From NCBI GenBank assembly GCA_977020255.1, contig CDROCS010001101.1, forward strand, positions 62,001 through 126,000: 64,000 nucleotides of DNA, read 5' to 3'. Under the pieces are notes generated by a model. The model was not told the DNA's origin and ran no database searches. It saw only the letters and a program-made list of their open reading frames with translations. The DNA comes from Obrimoposthia wandeli. Lineage: Eukaryota. Both the position numbers and the translations under genes were made by a program. The first letter of the stretch is position 1, and each line of letters opens with the position of its first letter. Shown here in pieces: positions 43,301-50,391 of the stretch.

Positions 43301-43349
43301 GCGTATTTATGAAGTTAAAAACATCGTACTGAGTATTGTTGAAGCTTGA
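37350..43349 (+). CDS. pfaC: PUFA synthase PfaC (KS-CLF-FabA-like DH domains)
   Basis: KS DAACASS/ECHATGT, CLF SAEENS, DH motifs HWYFPCHFKGDQVMAGSL and FRYHFHQDPVMPGSL. Alternative ATG at 37329. Confidence 0.96.
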   Translation: MENIAVVGIANLFPGSQAPDQFWQQLLEQQDCRSKATAVQMGVDPAKYTANKGDTDKFYCVHGGYISDFNFDASGYQLDNDYLAGLDDLNQWGLYVTKQALTDAGYWGSTALENCGVILGNLSFPTKSSNQLFMPLYHQVVDNALKSVLHPDFQLSHYTAPKKIHADNALVAGYPAALIAQAAGLGGSHFALDAACASSCYSVKLACDYLHTGKADMMLAGAVSAADPMFVNMGFSIFQAYPANNVHAPFDQNSQGLFAGEGAGMMVLKRQSDAVRDGDHIYAIIKGGALSNDGKGEFVLSPNTKGQVLVYERAYADADVDPSTVDYIECHATGTPKGDNVELRSMETFFSRVNNKPLLGSVKSNLGHLLTAAGMPGMTKAMLALGKGLIPATINLKQPLQSKNGYFTGEQMPTTTVPWPTTPGAKTDKPRTAGVSVFGFGGSNAHLVLQQPTQTLETNFSVAKPRESLAIIGMDSHFGSASNLAQFKTLLNNNQNTFRELPEQRWKGMESNANVMQSLQLRKAPKGSYVEQLDIDFLRFKVPPNEKDCLIPQQLMMMQVADNAAKDAGLVEGRNVAVLVAMGMELELHQYRGRVNLTTQIEDSLLQQGINLTVEQREELTNIAKDGVASAAQLNQYTSFIGNIMASRISALWDFSGPAITVSAEENSVYRCVELAENLFQTSDVEAVIIAAVDLSGSIENITLRQHYGPVNESGAVSESSSVTNNILDQQQWLVGEGAAAIVVKPSSQVTAEQVYARIDAVSFAPGSDAKAITIAADKALTLAGISAADVASVEAHASGFSAENNAEKTALPTLYPSANISSVKANIGHTFNASGMASIIKTALLLDQQTSQDQKSKHIAINGLGRDNSCAHLILSSSAQAHQAAPAPVSGMAKQRPQLVKTIKLGGQLISNAIVNSASSSLDAIKAQFAGKHLNKVNQPVMMDNLKPQGIRAHSMNEHVVTRPSSTQVSHTQASIQEQEQEQVQNMQATAAAVSSPLSQHQHTTQPVAAPSVVGVTVKHKASNQIHQQASTHKAFLESRLAAQKNLSQLVELQTKLSTQTASDNTSNNTSSNTVLTNPVSATATPLTLVSNAPVVATNLTSTEAKAQAAATQAGFQIKGPVGYNYPPLQLIERYNKPEKVIYDQADLVEFAEGDIGKVFGAEYNIIDGYSRRVRLPTSDYLLVTRVTELDAKVHEYKKSYMCTEYDVPVDAPFLIDGQIPWSVAVESGQCDLMLISYIGIDFQAKGERVYRLLDCELTFLEEMAFGGDTLRYEIHIDSYARNGEQLLFFFHYDCYVGDKKVLIMRNGCAGFFTDEELSDGKGVIHNDKDKAEFSNAVKSSFTPLLQHNRGQYDYNDMMKLVNGDVASCFGPQYDQGGRNPSLKFSSEKFLMIERITKIDPTGGHWGLGLLEGQKDLDPEHWYFPCHFKGDQVMAGSLMSEGCGQMAMFFMLSLGMHTNVNNARFQPLPGESQTVRCRGQVLPQRNTLTYRMEVTAMGMHPQPFMKANIDILLDGKVVVDFKNLSVMISEQDEHSDYPVTLPSNVQLKAISSAALTAAPVALATTNNVDLDERGVEPFKYPERPLMRVESDLSAPKSKGVTPIKHFEAPAVAGHHRVPNQAPFTPWHMFEFATGNISNCFGPDFDVYEGRIPPRTPCGDLQVVTQVVEVQGERLDLKNPSSCVAEYYVPEDAWYFTKNSHENWMPYSLIMEIALQPNGFISGYMGTTLKYPEKDLFFRNLDGSGTLLKQIDLRGKTIVNKSVLVSTAIAGGAIIQSFTFDMSVDGELFYTGKAVFGYFSGESLTNQLGIDNGKTTNAWFVDNNTPAANIDVFDLTDQSLALYKAPVDKPHYKLAGGQMNFIDTVSVVEGGGKADVAYVYGERTIDADDWFFRYHFHQDPVMPGSLGVEAIIELMQTYALKNDLGAQFTSPRFVAPMTKVDWKYRGQITPLNKQMSLDVHITEIITESGEVRLVGDANLSKDGLRIYEVKNIVLSIVEA

Positions 43350-43513
43350 TGCTGCTTGCTCAATGTCGAATTGGTTAAAGACGCGTATAGATATTCTTTA
43401 ATCAATACGGTTTAGTAGATTATGCGATCGCTTTAGATTATTAACAGAATAGATCAGTTGTTGAGTTAAGACTTTAGGTTAAGCGCTTAGCAACTGCAAA
43501 AAAGGAATTAAGA

Positions 43514-45130
43514 ATGTCGAGTTTAGGTTTTAACAATAGCAATGCCATCAATTGGGCTTGGAAAGTAGATCCAGCGTCAGTTCATACACAGGATGTTGGC
43601 ATTAAAGCAGCTTTAATGGATCTGACGAATCCGCTTTACGTGGCTAATAACGCAGGTGTTACAGGTATAACGAATCATACGTCAGTAGCGGGTGCTATTA
43701 GCAATAATGTTGACGTAGATGTACTGGCATTTGCACAAAAGCTAACACCTGAAGATCTGGGTGATGATGCGTATAAGAAACAACATGGGGTTAAATACGC
43801 TTACCATGGCGGCGCTATGGCTAACGGTATTGCGTCGGTTGAACTTGTTGTCGCATTAGGTAAAGCAGGGTTGTTATGTTCGTTCGGTGCGGCAGGTTTA
43901 GTTCCTGACGCGGTTGAAGATGCTATTCGTCGTATTCAAGCTGAATTACCAAATGGCCCTTATGCGGTTAACTTGATCCATGCACCTGCAGAAGAAGCAT
44001 TAGAGCGTGGCGCGGTTGAACGTTTCCTTAAACTGGGTGTTAAGACTGTAGAGGCTTCGGCTTACCTTGGTTTAACTGAGCACATTGTTTGGTATCGTGT
44101 TGCTGGTTTATCTAAAAACAGTGATGGGTCGGTTAATATTGGTAACAAGGTTATCGCTAAAGTATCGCGTACTGAAGTTGGTCGCCGCTTTATGGAACCT
44201 GCACCGCAAAAGTTACTGGATAAGTTATTAGCACAAAACAAGATCACCCCTGAACAAGCTGCATTAGCGCTGCTTGTACCTATGGCTGATGACATTACTG
44301 CGGAAGCTGATTCTGGTGGCCATACTGATAACCGACCATTTTTAACTTTATTACCGACTATCATTGGTCTGCGTGATGAAGTGCAAGCGAAGTATAACTT
44401 CTCTCCTGCATTACGTGTTGGTGCTGGTGGTGGTATCGGAACGCCTGAAGCAGCACTCGCTGCATTTAACATGGGCGCGGCTTATATCGTTCTGGGTTCT
44501 GTGAATCAGGCATGTGTTGAAGCGGGCGCATCTGAATATACCCGTAAGCTGTTATCGACAGTTGAAATGGCCGATGTGACTATGGCACCAGCTGCTGATA
44601 TGTTTGAAATGGGCGTGAAGCTACAAGTATTAAAACGCGGTTCTATGTTCGCTATGCGTGCGAAGAAACTGTATGACTTGTATGTGACTTATGACTCGAT
44701 TGAAGATATCCCAGCTGCAGAACGTGAGAAGATTGAAAAACAAATCTTCCGTTCAAACCTAGACGAGATCTGGGATGGCACTATCGCTTTCTTCACTGAA
44801 CGCGATCCAGAAATGCTAGCCCGTGCAATGAGCAGCCCTAAACGTAAAATGGCACTTATCTTCCGTTGGTATCTTGGTCTTTCTTCACGCTGGTCAAACA
44901 CAGGCGAGAAGGGACGTGAAATGGATTATCAGATTTGGGCTGGCCCAAGTTTAGGCGCATTTAATAGCTGGGTGAAAGGTTCTTACCTTGAAGACTATAC
45001 CCGCCGCGGCGCAGTTGATGTTGCTTTGCATATGCTTAAAGGTGCTGCGTACTTACAACGTGTAAACCAGTTGAAGCTGCAAGGTGTTAGCTTAAGTACA
45101 GAATTGGCAAGTTATCGTACGAGTGATTAA
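43514..45130 (+). CDS. pfaD: PUFA synthase enoyl reductase PfaD
   Basis: GGAMANGI, TAEADSGGHTDNRP and DYQIWAGP motifs; AAGGA RBS. Confidence 0.96.
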   Translation: MSSLGFNNSNAINWAWKVDPASVHTQDVGIKAALMDLTNPLYVANNAGVTGITNHTSVAGAISNNVDVDVLAFAQKLTPEDLGDDAYKKQHGVKYAYHGGAMANGIASVELVVALGKAGLLCSFGAAGLVPDAVEDAIRRIQAELPNGPYAVNLIHAPAEEALERGAVERFLKLGVKTVEASAYLGLTEHIVWYRVAGLSKNSDGSVNIGNKVIAKVSRTEVGRRFMEPAPQKLLDKLLAQNKITPEQAALALLVPMADDITAEADSGGHTDNRPFLTLLPTIIGLRDEVQAKYNFSPALRVGAGGGIGTPEAALAAFNMGAAYIVLGSVNQACVEAGASEYTRKLLSTVEMADVTMAPAADMFEMGVKLQVLKRGSMFAMRAKKLYDLYVTYDSIEDIPAAEREKIEKQIFRSNLDEIWDGTIAFFTERDPEMLARAMSSPKRKMALIFRWYLGLSSRWSNTGEKGREMDYQIWAGPSLGAFNSWVKGSYLEDYTRRGAVDVALHMLKGAAYLQRVNQLKLQGVSLSTELASYRTSD

Positions 45131-45157
45131 TGTTGCTTGATGACATGTGAATTAATT

Positions 45158-45181
45158 AAAGCGCCTGAGGGCGCTTTTTTT
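45158..45181 (+). terminator. pfa operon terminator
   Basis: AAAGCGCC-TGAG-GGCGCTTT followed by a T run. Confidence 0.88.
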
Positions 45182-45622
45182 GATTTTTAATTTCGAATTC
45201 TAAATCAAAATAGTCCAGTTTTGCTTGGTGCATTTACTAAATCCCGATATGCATAATTTTATTATTAAAAAGTGAACCTCTAATCGGCAATACTTATTTT
45301 TAATGAAATAGGCTAAATAGTATAGTTCCATACAGTATCACTACCCTTTCCTTAAGCAGTCTCTAATTGACTGAATACAATCATGTTTATCTTGCCTGTT
45401 AAAATCAATACCAATACAATAAGTTGCATAGCTAGTCTTATTATAACTTACAAGACTAATGAAATAATTTACAGGACGTCTCGATTTGTCAGAAAAAGGC
45501 AACGAGTTAAATCCCAACATCATCTTAACTTTTAACTGTTTAGTAGATATTAGTGATGGTTATTAGGTTTGTCGATCCAAGACGTCCTATTCTAAAAAAT
45601 TAGAATTTTAAGGTTAGTCATT

Positions 45623-46498
45623 ATGAAAAAACCATCTTCTTTTTTCAAATTTGTATCCTATGAAAGAAAAGACATCCTAGAAAATGGACAAATACGATTT
45701 GCCCCAATTGGTGAGTTCAATGACCCTTTTGAGCTAGAGCCTGTGATAACACCTATTTCTAGAGAATATATTGAATTCTCTATTGGATTGTCGGAAAAAG
45801 AACAACAGGAAATAGAGTTCTCTGAGGAAGATAGTAGATACTTATCGGAAAGAGAGTTACAAGTGGATGAGTATGAAAAAATATACAAAGACAAAATCAA
45901 AAAATATGGTGTTTTTAGTTTAAGCTCTAATGCGGACATAAATCCACTTTTGACAGTATGTGTTCCTGAAAAGAAAGATCCAAGGACTAATATTTTAATG
46001 TGGTCACATTATGCCAATTCACACAAGGGCTTTATTATCGAGTTTGATAGTGATTTTATATCTGGTATCGAAATCGAAAAAGTTGAGTATAGCAACTACA
46101 GAGATTTTTTAACTTTCGAAGATATAGATGATTATGACTTTCATAAGGTTTTTTATAAAAAATCGGAAGAGTGGAAGTATGAGCAAGAATACAGAGTAGT
46201 ACTGCCATTGAGTGAGTCATCAGAGGTTAAAAATGACAAATATCACTTGTTTAATTTTAATAAAAAAAGTGTAAAGTCAATTACGTTTGGTTGTGCAATG
46301 GTTGAGTATAATAAGCAAGAGATCATGGACCTGATAGAAAATGATAAGGAATTCGGTTCTGTTTTATTTAATCACGCATTATTAAATGATGATGATTTCT
46401 GCTTACAGTTCTATCACACGACAGGAAAGTGGACCAACCATCCATCACCATTTGGTTTTAAAATGATGAGGAAAATCCCACAGCAAAAAAAAATCTAA
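45623..46498 (+). CDS. DUF2971 domain protein (cassette 1)
   Basis: IRFAPIGEFNDPFE, NILMWSHYANSHKGFIIEFD and KSEEWKYEQEYR motifs; stop codon overlaps the attC R'' box. Confidence 0.85.
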   Translation: MKKPSSFFKFVSYERKDILENGQIRFAPIGEFNDPFELEPVITPISREYIEFSIGLSEKEQQEIEFSEEDSRYLSERELQVDEYEKIYKDKIKKYGVFSLSSNADINPLLTVCVPEKKDPRTNILMWSHYANSHKGFIIEFDSDFISGIEIEKVEYSNYRDFLTFEDIDDYDFHKVFYKKSEEWKYEQEYRVVLPLSESSEVKNDKYHLFNFNKKSVKSITFGCAMVEYNKQEIMDLIENDKEFGSVLFNHALLNDDDFCLQFYHTTGKWTNHPSPFGFKMMRKIPQQKKI

Positions 46499-46595
46499 CA
46501 AGCGCTTGAAATCGGATTCAAAGTTATGCCACATTTTTTGCAAAGGCCTACAAAATAAGCACCATAACTTTTCGTCGCTTAAGCGGGCATTATGT
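46493..46595 (+). mobile_element. attC site (about 103 bp), R' core mutated to ATT
   Basis: R'' ATCTAAC; L'' CGCTT[G]AA pairs with L' TTAAGCG via an extrahelical G; inner IR AAGTTATG/CATAACTT; ends GCGGGC-ATTATGT. Confidence 0.85.
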
Positions 46596-46627
46596 TTTAT
46601 AGATTTTATTAAGGAGTAGTAGTTTCA

Positions 46628-47902
46628 ATGAATGTAATAGATGATTTTCTAGATCAATATAGTAGACAGTACGATTATTATTCTGAGCTTGCCAAAATAG
46701 GTTCTAATTTATTAGAGCTAGAGCTTGAAAAGAGAGGAATTAAGGCAATTGTTTCATTCAGAGCCAAAAGGCCTGAACGTTTAAAGTTAAAATTGGAACA
46801 AAGAAATGAGAAATCTTTATATAAAGTAGTTGAAGATATTTTTGAGGATATCGTTGATTTAGCAGGTGTTCGTGTTGCTTTATATTTCCCCAAGGATAGA
46901 GAATTAGTTGAACAAATAATAAATGATTTATTTAGTGTCAAAAAACGAAAGGTATTTCCAGAAAAAACGCATCAACCTAAGTTTGATAAGCGCTTTTCAG
47001 GGTATTGGGCTTCTCATTACAGAGTTAATATTAAAAATGCATCAAAAAATGAAAAGCGTTATGAAAGTGCTCTGTTTGAAATTCAAGTTGCATCGGTATT
47101 AATGCATGCTTGGTCAGAAGTCGAACATGATCTTGTTTATAAACCTTTTTCAGGTGATCTGTCAGAAGAAGAATATTCTATACTTGATGAAATCAATGGT
47201 CTTGTTTTGACGGGGGAGATTGCTCTTGAAAGGCTTCAAAAAGCTATAACTAAAAGAACTAAAGAGTCAGATGACATTTCAAATAGGTTTGAACTTACAA
47301 GTTTAATTACAAACTCGCTTAACAAAAACTATATAAATAAGCTGAAATTAGGTGATACAAAATTACTTTTCAATTTATTGAAAGACTCAGGTAAAGTTAG
47401 CCCACGTGATATTTCAAACTATTTGAATAAAATTAATCAAAGTGAAAAAGAAACAATTACTGATCAATTATTCACTATGATTCTTAATGATACTTTTTCT
47501 AATTCTAAAAAAGACATAAAGTTAACTAATTATTTTAAACGTTCTTTAGGTAATTTAACTGATGTTTCTGGGTTTGAATCATTTGTTAAAACCTGGATAA
47601 TATTAGAGAAGTCAGTATCAATAATTTACAGTGAAAAGAACAAACATCACAAAAAATTCTTTACTGCTAAGTTCGAACCTTTAGCGTCAGAGGGGTTGAT
47701 AACGAAGGAGGAGGCTATTGAACTTAATCACTTTAAAAGAGTTAGAAACAATTTACTTCACGGGGTCGAAACTCCAAATGACGAAGAGTTGAATGCAGGA
47801 TTCATACGTTTGATAGAATTATCAGAAAAAATAATTTCTGCTATTGAAAATGATGAAGAAAAAGAAAAATTAATGAATGCTATTAAAGTATTGCGAAGTT
47901 AA
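46628..47902 (+). CDS. RelA/SpoT (small alarmone synthetase-type) domain protein with C-terminal HEPN-like domain (cassette 2)
   Basis: SFRAK, DLAGVR, GYWASHY and EIQVASVLMHAWSEVEHDLVYK motifs; C-terminal FVKTWIILE...RVRNNLLHG. Confidence 0.8.
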   Translation: MNVIDDFLDQYSRQYDYYSELAKIGSNLLELELEKRGIKAIVSFRAKRPERLKLKLEQRNEKSLYKVVEDIFEDIVDLAGVRVALYFPKDRELVEQIINDLFSVKKRKVFPEKTHQPKFDKRFSGYWASHYRVNIKNASKNEKRYESALFEIQVASVLMHAWSEVEHDLVYKPFSGDLSEEEYSILDEINGLVLTGEIALERLQKAITKRTKESDDISNRFELTSLITNSLNKNYINKLKLGDTKLLFNLLKDSGKVSPRDISNYLNKINQSEKETITDQLFTMILNDTFSNSKKDIKLTNYFKRSLGNLTDVSGFESFVKTWIILEKSVSIIYSEKNKHHKKFFTAKFEPLASEGLITKEEAIELNHFKRVRNNLLHGVETPNDEELNAGFIRLIELSEKIISAIENDEEKEKLMNAIKVLRS

Positions 47903-47903
47903 A

Positions 47904-47948
47904 ACATAATATCTGCATATTAGAAAACGTGTTATACAGGCGTTAAAA
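47904..47948 (+). mobile_element. Internally deleted attC relic
   Basis: ACATAAT directly after the stop complements ATTATGT at the cassette start; ends AGGC-GTTAAAA; only 45 bp, with no clear L boxes. Confidence 0.55.
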
Positions 47949-47981
47949 GCACAAGTAAATTTACAATAACCTGAGAGTATA

Positions 47982-48779
47982 ATGAGTATAGAATTTTTAG
48001 AGACAGATTTTGAAAAGGTTAGTTATCTAGCAAGTTTAGTGACTGCTCATGCTACAGGGGAAGATGCATCTGATGAGGAATTTGGTCAGCTTCGTCATGA
48101 ATTATTGAGTAATAAGAACCTACAAATATTGCTTCCTAGCTGGTTAAAAGTTCATAGGAATTTGGGATCTTTTTGGGGGTATATTCAGCCCAAATTTGGC
48201 ACTTACTCTGATAGACGTAAATTTATCTCCGAAGAGTTCTCTCCTGCTTTAAGCTTATTAGAGTTCGGGCATACAGTGGAAATGCAAAAAACAGATTTAA
48301 ATGCACCTGTTCAGAGTTCACCCTTTGCACAGACATATACACGACCAAAGAAAAAGATATTCATTGTTCATGGTCGTGATAATGAATCTAAACAAGAATT
48401 GTCTCGTTATATAGAAAGTTTAGGCATTGAAGTTATTATCCTACATGAACAAGCTAGTAGCGGTATGACAATAATTGAAAAGATAGAGCATTATTCAAAT
48501 GAAGTTGATTTTGCATTTGTTCTTTATACCGCATGTGATCACGGACGAGGCATTCATGAAACTAAAGTCCATCCTAAAAATAGAGCTAGGCAAAATGTAG
48601 TCTTTGAGCATGGTTATTTAATGGCTAAATTAGGTCGAAAAAATGTTTGTGCTTTAGTCAAAGGTGAAATTGAGACACCAAACGATATTAGTGGTGTAGT
48701 TTATGTTGGTTTGGACTCCGCAGGATCTTGGAAAATGGAAGTAAATAAAGAACTTAATGCCTGTGGTTACAATATATAA
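47982..48779 (+). CDS. TIR-domain protein (CAP12/Pycsar-type TIR) with helical N-terminal domain (cassette 3)
   Basis: KIFIVHGRD, ILHEQ, TIIEKIE and RARQNVVFEHG (catalytic Glu position) motifs; ETPNDISGVVY. Confidence 0.85.
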   Translation: MSIEFLETDFEKVSYLASLVTAHATGEDASDEEFGQLRHELLSNKNLQILLPSWLKVHRNLGSFWGYIQPKFGTYSDRRKFISEEFSPALSLLEFGHTVEMQKTDLNAPVQSSPFAQTYTRPKKKIFIVHGRDNESKQELSRYIESLGIEVIILHEQASSGMTIIEKIEHYSNEVDFAFVLYTACDHGRGIHETKVHPKNRARQNVVFEHGYLMAKLGRKNVCALVKGEIETPNDISGVVYVGLDSAGSWKMEVNKELNACGYNI

Positions 48780-48795
48780 GTTCTACGTAAAGATA

Positions 48796-48911
48796 GTTTA
48801 ACAAGACGTCAGAAAGGCGTTTAAACAGGACGGAAAAAGTGGGGTAGTTTTCGATCCGCTTCGCTACACATTTTAACCAACAATTAAAAGCCTCTTAATG
48901 GGGCGTTATGC
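48796..48911 (+). mobile_element. attC site (about 116 bp) with apparent small insertion
   Basis: R'' GTTTAAC (complement matches GTTAAAA at 47942 at 6/7), AAGGCGTTTAAACAGG, CGCTTCGCTAC apex, CCTCTTAATGGGGC-GTTATGC end. Confidence 0.8.
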
Positions 48912-48937
48912 ATTAAATCGGGAACGTTTCATCTCAT

Positions 48938-49882
48938 ATGTTAAATAAAATATTTAAAAACCCACTAACTTGGTTTGTTACTTTTACTCTTGGTTTTGGT
49001 GTAGTTATATTTGGGCTGTACTTTAATAACTTCTCTGGTGAATTCAGTACTAGTCAATCAGATTGGGGGAGTTTTGGTTCATATGTTGGAGGTACAGTTG
49101 GGGCTGTATTTGCATCATTATCATTCCTAGCATTGGTGTATACCGTTTACTTACAGAGAAAAGAACTGAAATTAGCGATCGAAGCTCTTAATAAAAGTGC
49201 GGAGGCACATGAACAACAAGTAGAAAACAATAAACTTCAAAAGTTTGAATCTACATTTTATTCTCTATTGGATCTTCATAATAATGCTTTGAAAGACTTG
49301 ATGTCATCAAATTCCAAATACAAAAGTATTCCGAATCGTATTGAAGAGCACTATATATCATCAGAGCCAGAGTTCTTGAAAATAAAGCAGAAGCTAATTT
49401 TAGAAGATGAATTGCTCTCTCAGTACTTTAGGATTCTGTATCAATTACTCAAATTTGTAGCAAAAAACAACGTGAAAAACTCAGATAAACGTTTCGATGC
49501 TGTAATACTTTGTAATAAAGAATCAGTTGAAGAAAATAACAACGAAGAAAAAATGTATGTGAGTATTATTCGAGGTTTTGTACCAGTTAATTTGTTACCT
49601 GCTCTGGCGCTAAACAGTATTCCATCTTACAACTGCATAAATAATCTTGGCTTGTATTGGGAAATGTTAGAAAGGTATGAATTTTTGGAACATATTAAGC
49701 TGGAAAATCTAAATAAAGGGCTATCTGCATTTACAATCCTAAATAACTACGCATTTGCACTTGGTCATAATAATTCTATAGAAAAAAAGTACCATGAATT
49801 GAAGGAAGAAAATTTAAACTTTTGTGACTTAGAGTTAACAGAGGGGTGCTATCTTCATGTTAGATGTGAAGCTGGGATGTGA
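48938..49882 (+). CDS. Putative phage abortive-infection membrane protein, putAbiC-like (cassette 4)
   Basis: Two N-terminal TM helices with DWGSFGSYVGG; QKFESTFYSLL, SQYFRILYQLLKF and LERYEFLEH motifs. Confidence 0.75.
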   Translation: MLNKIFKNPLTWFVTFTLGFGVVIFGLYFNNFSGEFSTSQSDWGSFGSYVGGTVGAVFASLSFLALVYTVYLQRKELKLAIEALNKSAEAHEQQVENNKLQKFESTFYSLLDLHNNALKDLMSSNSKYKSIPNRIEEHYISSEPEFLKIKQKLILEDELLSQYFRILYQLLKFVAKNNVKNSDKRFDAVILCNKESVEENNNEEKMYVSIIRGFVPVNLLPALALNSIPSYNCINNLGLYWEMLERYEFLEHIKLENLNKGLSAFTILNNYAFALGHNNSIEKKYHELKEENLNFCDLELTEGCYLHVRCEAGM

Positions 49883-49884
49883 AT

Positions 49885-49939
49885 GCATAACAAATAAGAA
49901 TAGGTGTCGCGCAGCCGACACCTTATTCGGGTGTTGAAC
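49885..49939 (+). mobile_element. Short intact attC site (55 bp)
   Basis: R'' GCATAAC is the exact complement of GTTATGC at 48905; stem GAATAGGTGTCG / CGACACCTTATTC; R' GTTGAAC. Confidence 0.88.
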
Positions 49940-49994
49940 AAGTCCGAAGCCCTTCTTTATATAGTAAATAACGTGTTTGATCTTGGTGGGCACT

Positions 49995-50020
49995 TCGTCT
50001 TGGGATTAAACCCAAGACGA
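49995..50020. repeat. Perfect 10-bp inverted repeat
   Basis: TCGTCTTGGG-ATTAAA-CCCAAGACGA, with no T tract on either side. Confidence 0.75.
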
Positions 50021-50173
50021 GCGAAATTGAGATAAATAACAGACCTGTTATTTATCAATTAACTAGCTAGTTGTACCATAAATTTAATATCTCCAACTGT
50101 AATGTTAATGCCATTCTTTCTATTATGTTCGCCTTTCGGCCAAGTCGCTTATGTGATGTCCAGGTACTTAATT

Positions 50174-50305
50174 TTATGCGATAAAGTACAACGGATAACC
50201 TAAAGCAACTAAAAACACAATCCAAGAAATGCCTTCGGCAATGACATAGGCGTAAACAACGCCACAAGCGATATCTATAAGTTTTAGCGCACAAAACAGA
50301 ACTAT
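50174..50305 (-). pseudogene. Possible C-terminal fragment of a membrane protein
   Basis: Start-less 43-codon frame IVLFCALKLIDIACGVVYAYVIAEGISWIVFLVALGYPLYFIA*, hydrophobic. Confidence 0.3.
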
Positions 50306-50316
50306 TTAAAGATCTC

Positions 50317-50354
50317 AACAAGGCGATGATTTGATAATGAATTATCGCCTTGTT
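50317..50354. repeat. Perfect 11-bp inverted repeat, possibly attC-derived
   Basis: AACAAGGCGAT...ATCGCCTTGTT, with AAC and GTT termini. Confidence 0.6.
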
Positions 50355-50391
50355 ACTATCAAGAGACTGTAAATGACTGAGATAGAAAGAT

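Noticed and set aside
3844-44901. Many short ORFs antisense to or overlapping long genes (e.g. 3844-4263, 8550-8942, 13701-14018, 23154-23597, 44062-44472)
   Set aside because: Shadows of well-supported genes, with no motifs or RBS.
45341-45523. 60-aa minus-strand ORF where an intI would be expected
   Set aside because: No tyrosine-recombinase (R-H-R-Y) or other motif; cannot be called an integrase remnant.
46678-46941. 87-aa antisense ORF inside the RelA/SpoT gene as a possible antitoxin
   Set aside because: Fully nested antisense frame with no independent signals; composition is explained by the sense gene.
46628-48779. Known CBASS, Pycsar or Thoeris system
   Set aside because: No CD-NTase, PycC cyclase or ThsA-type partner; the TIR lacks cNMP/STING domains.
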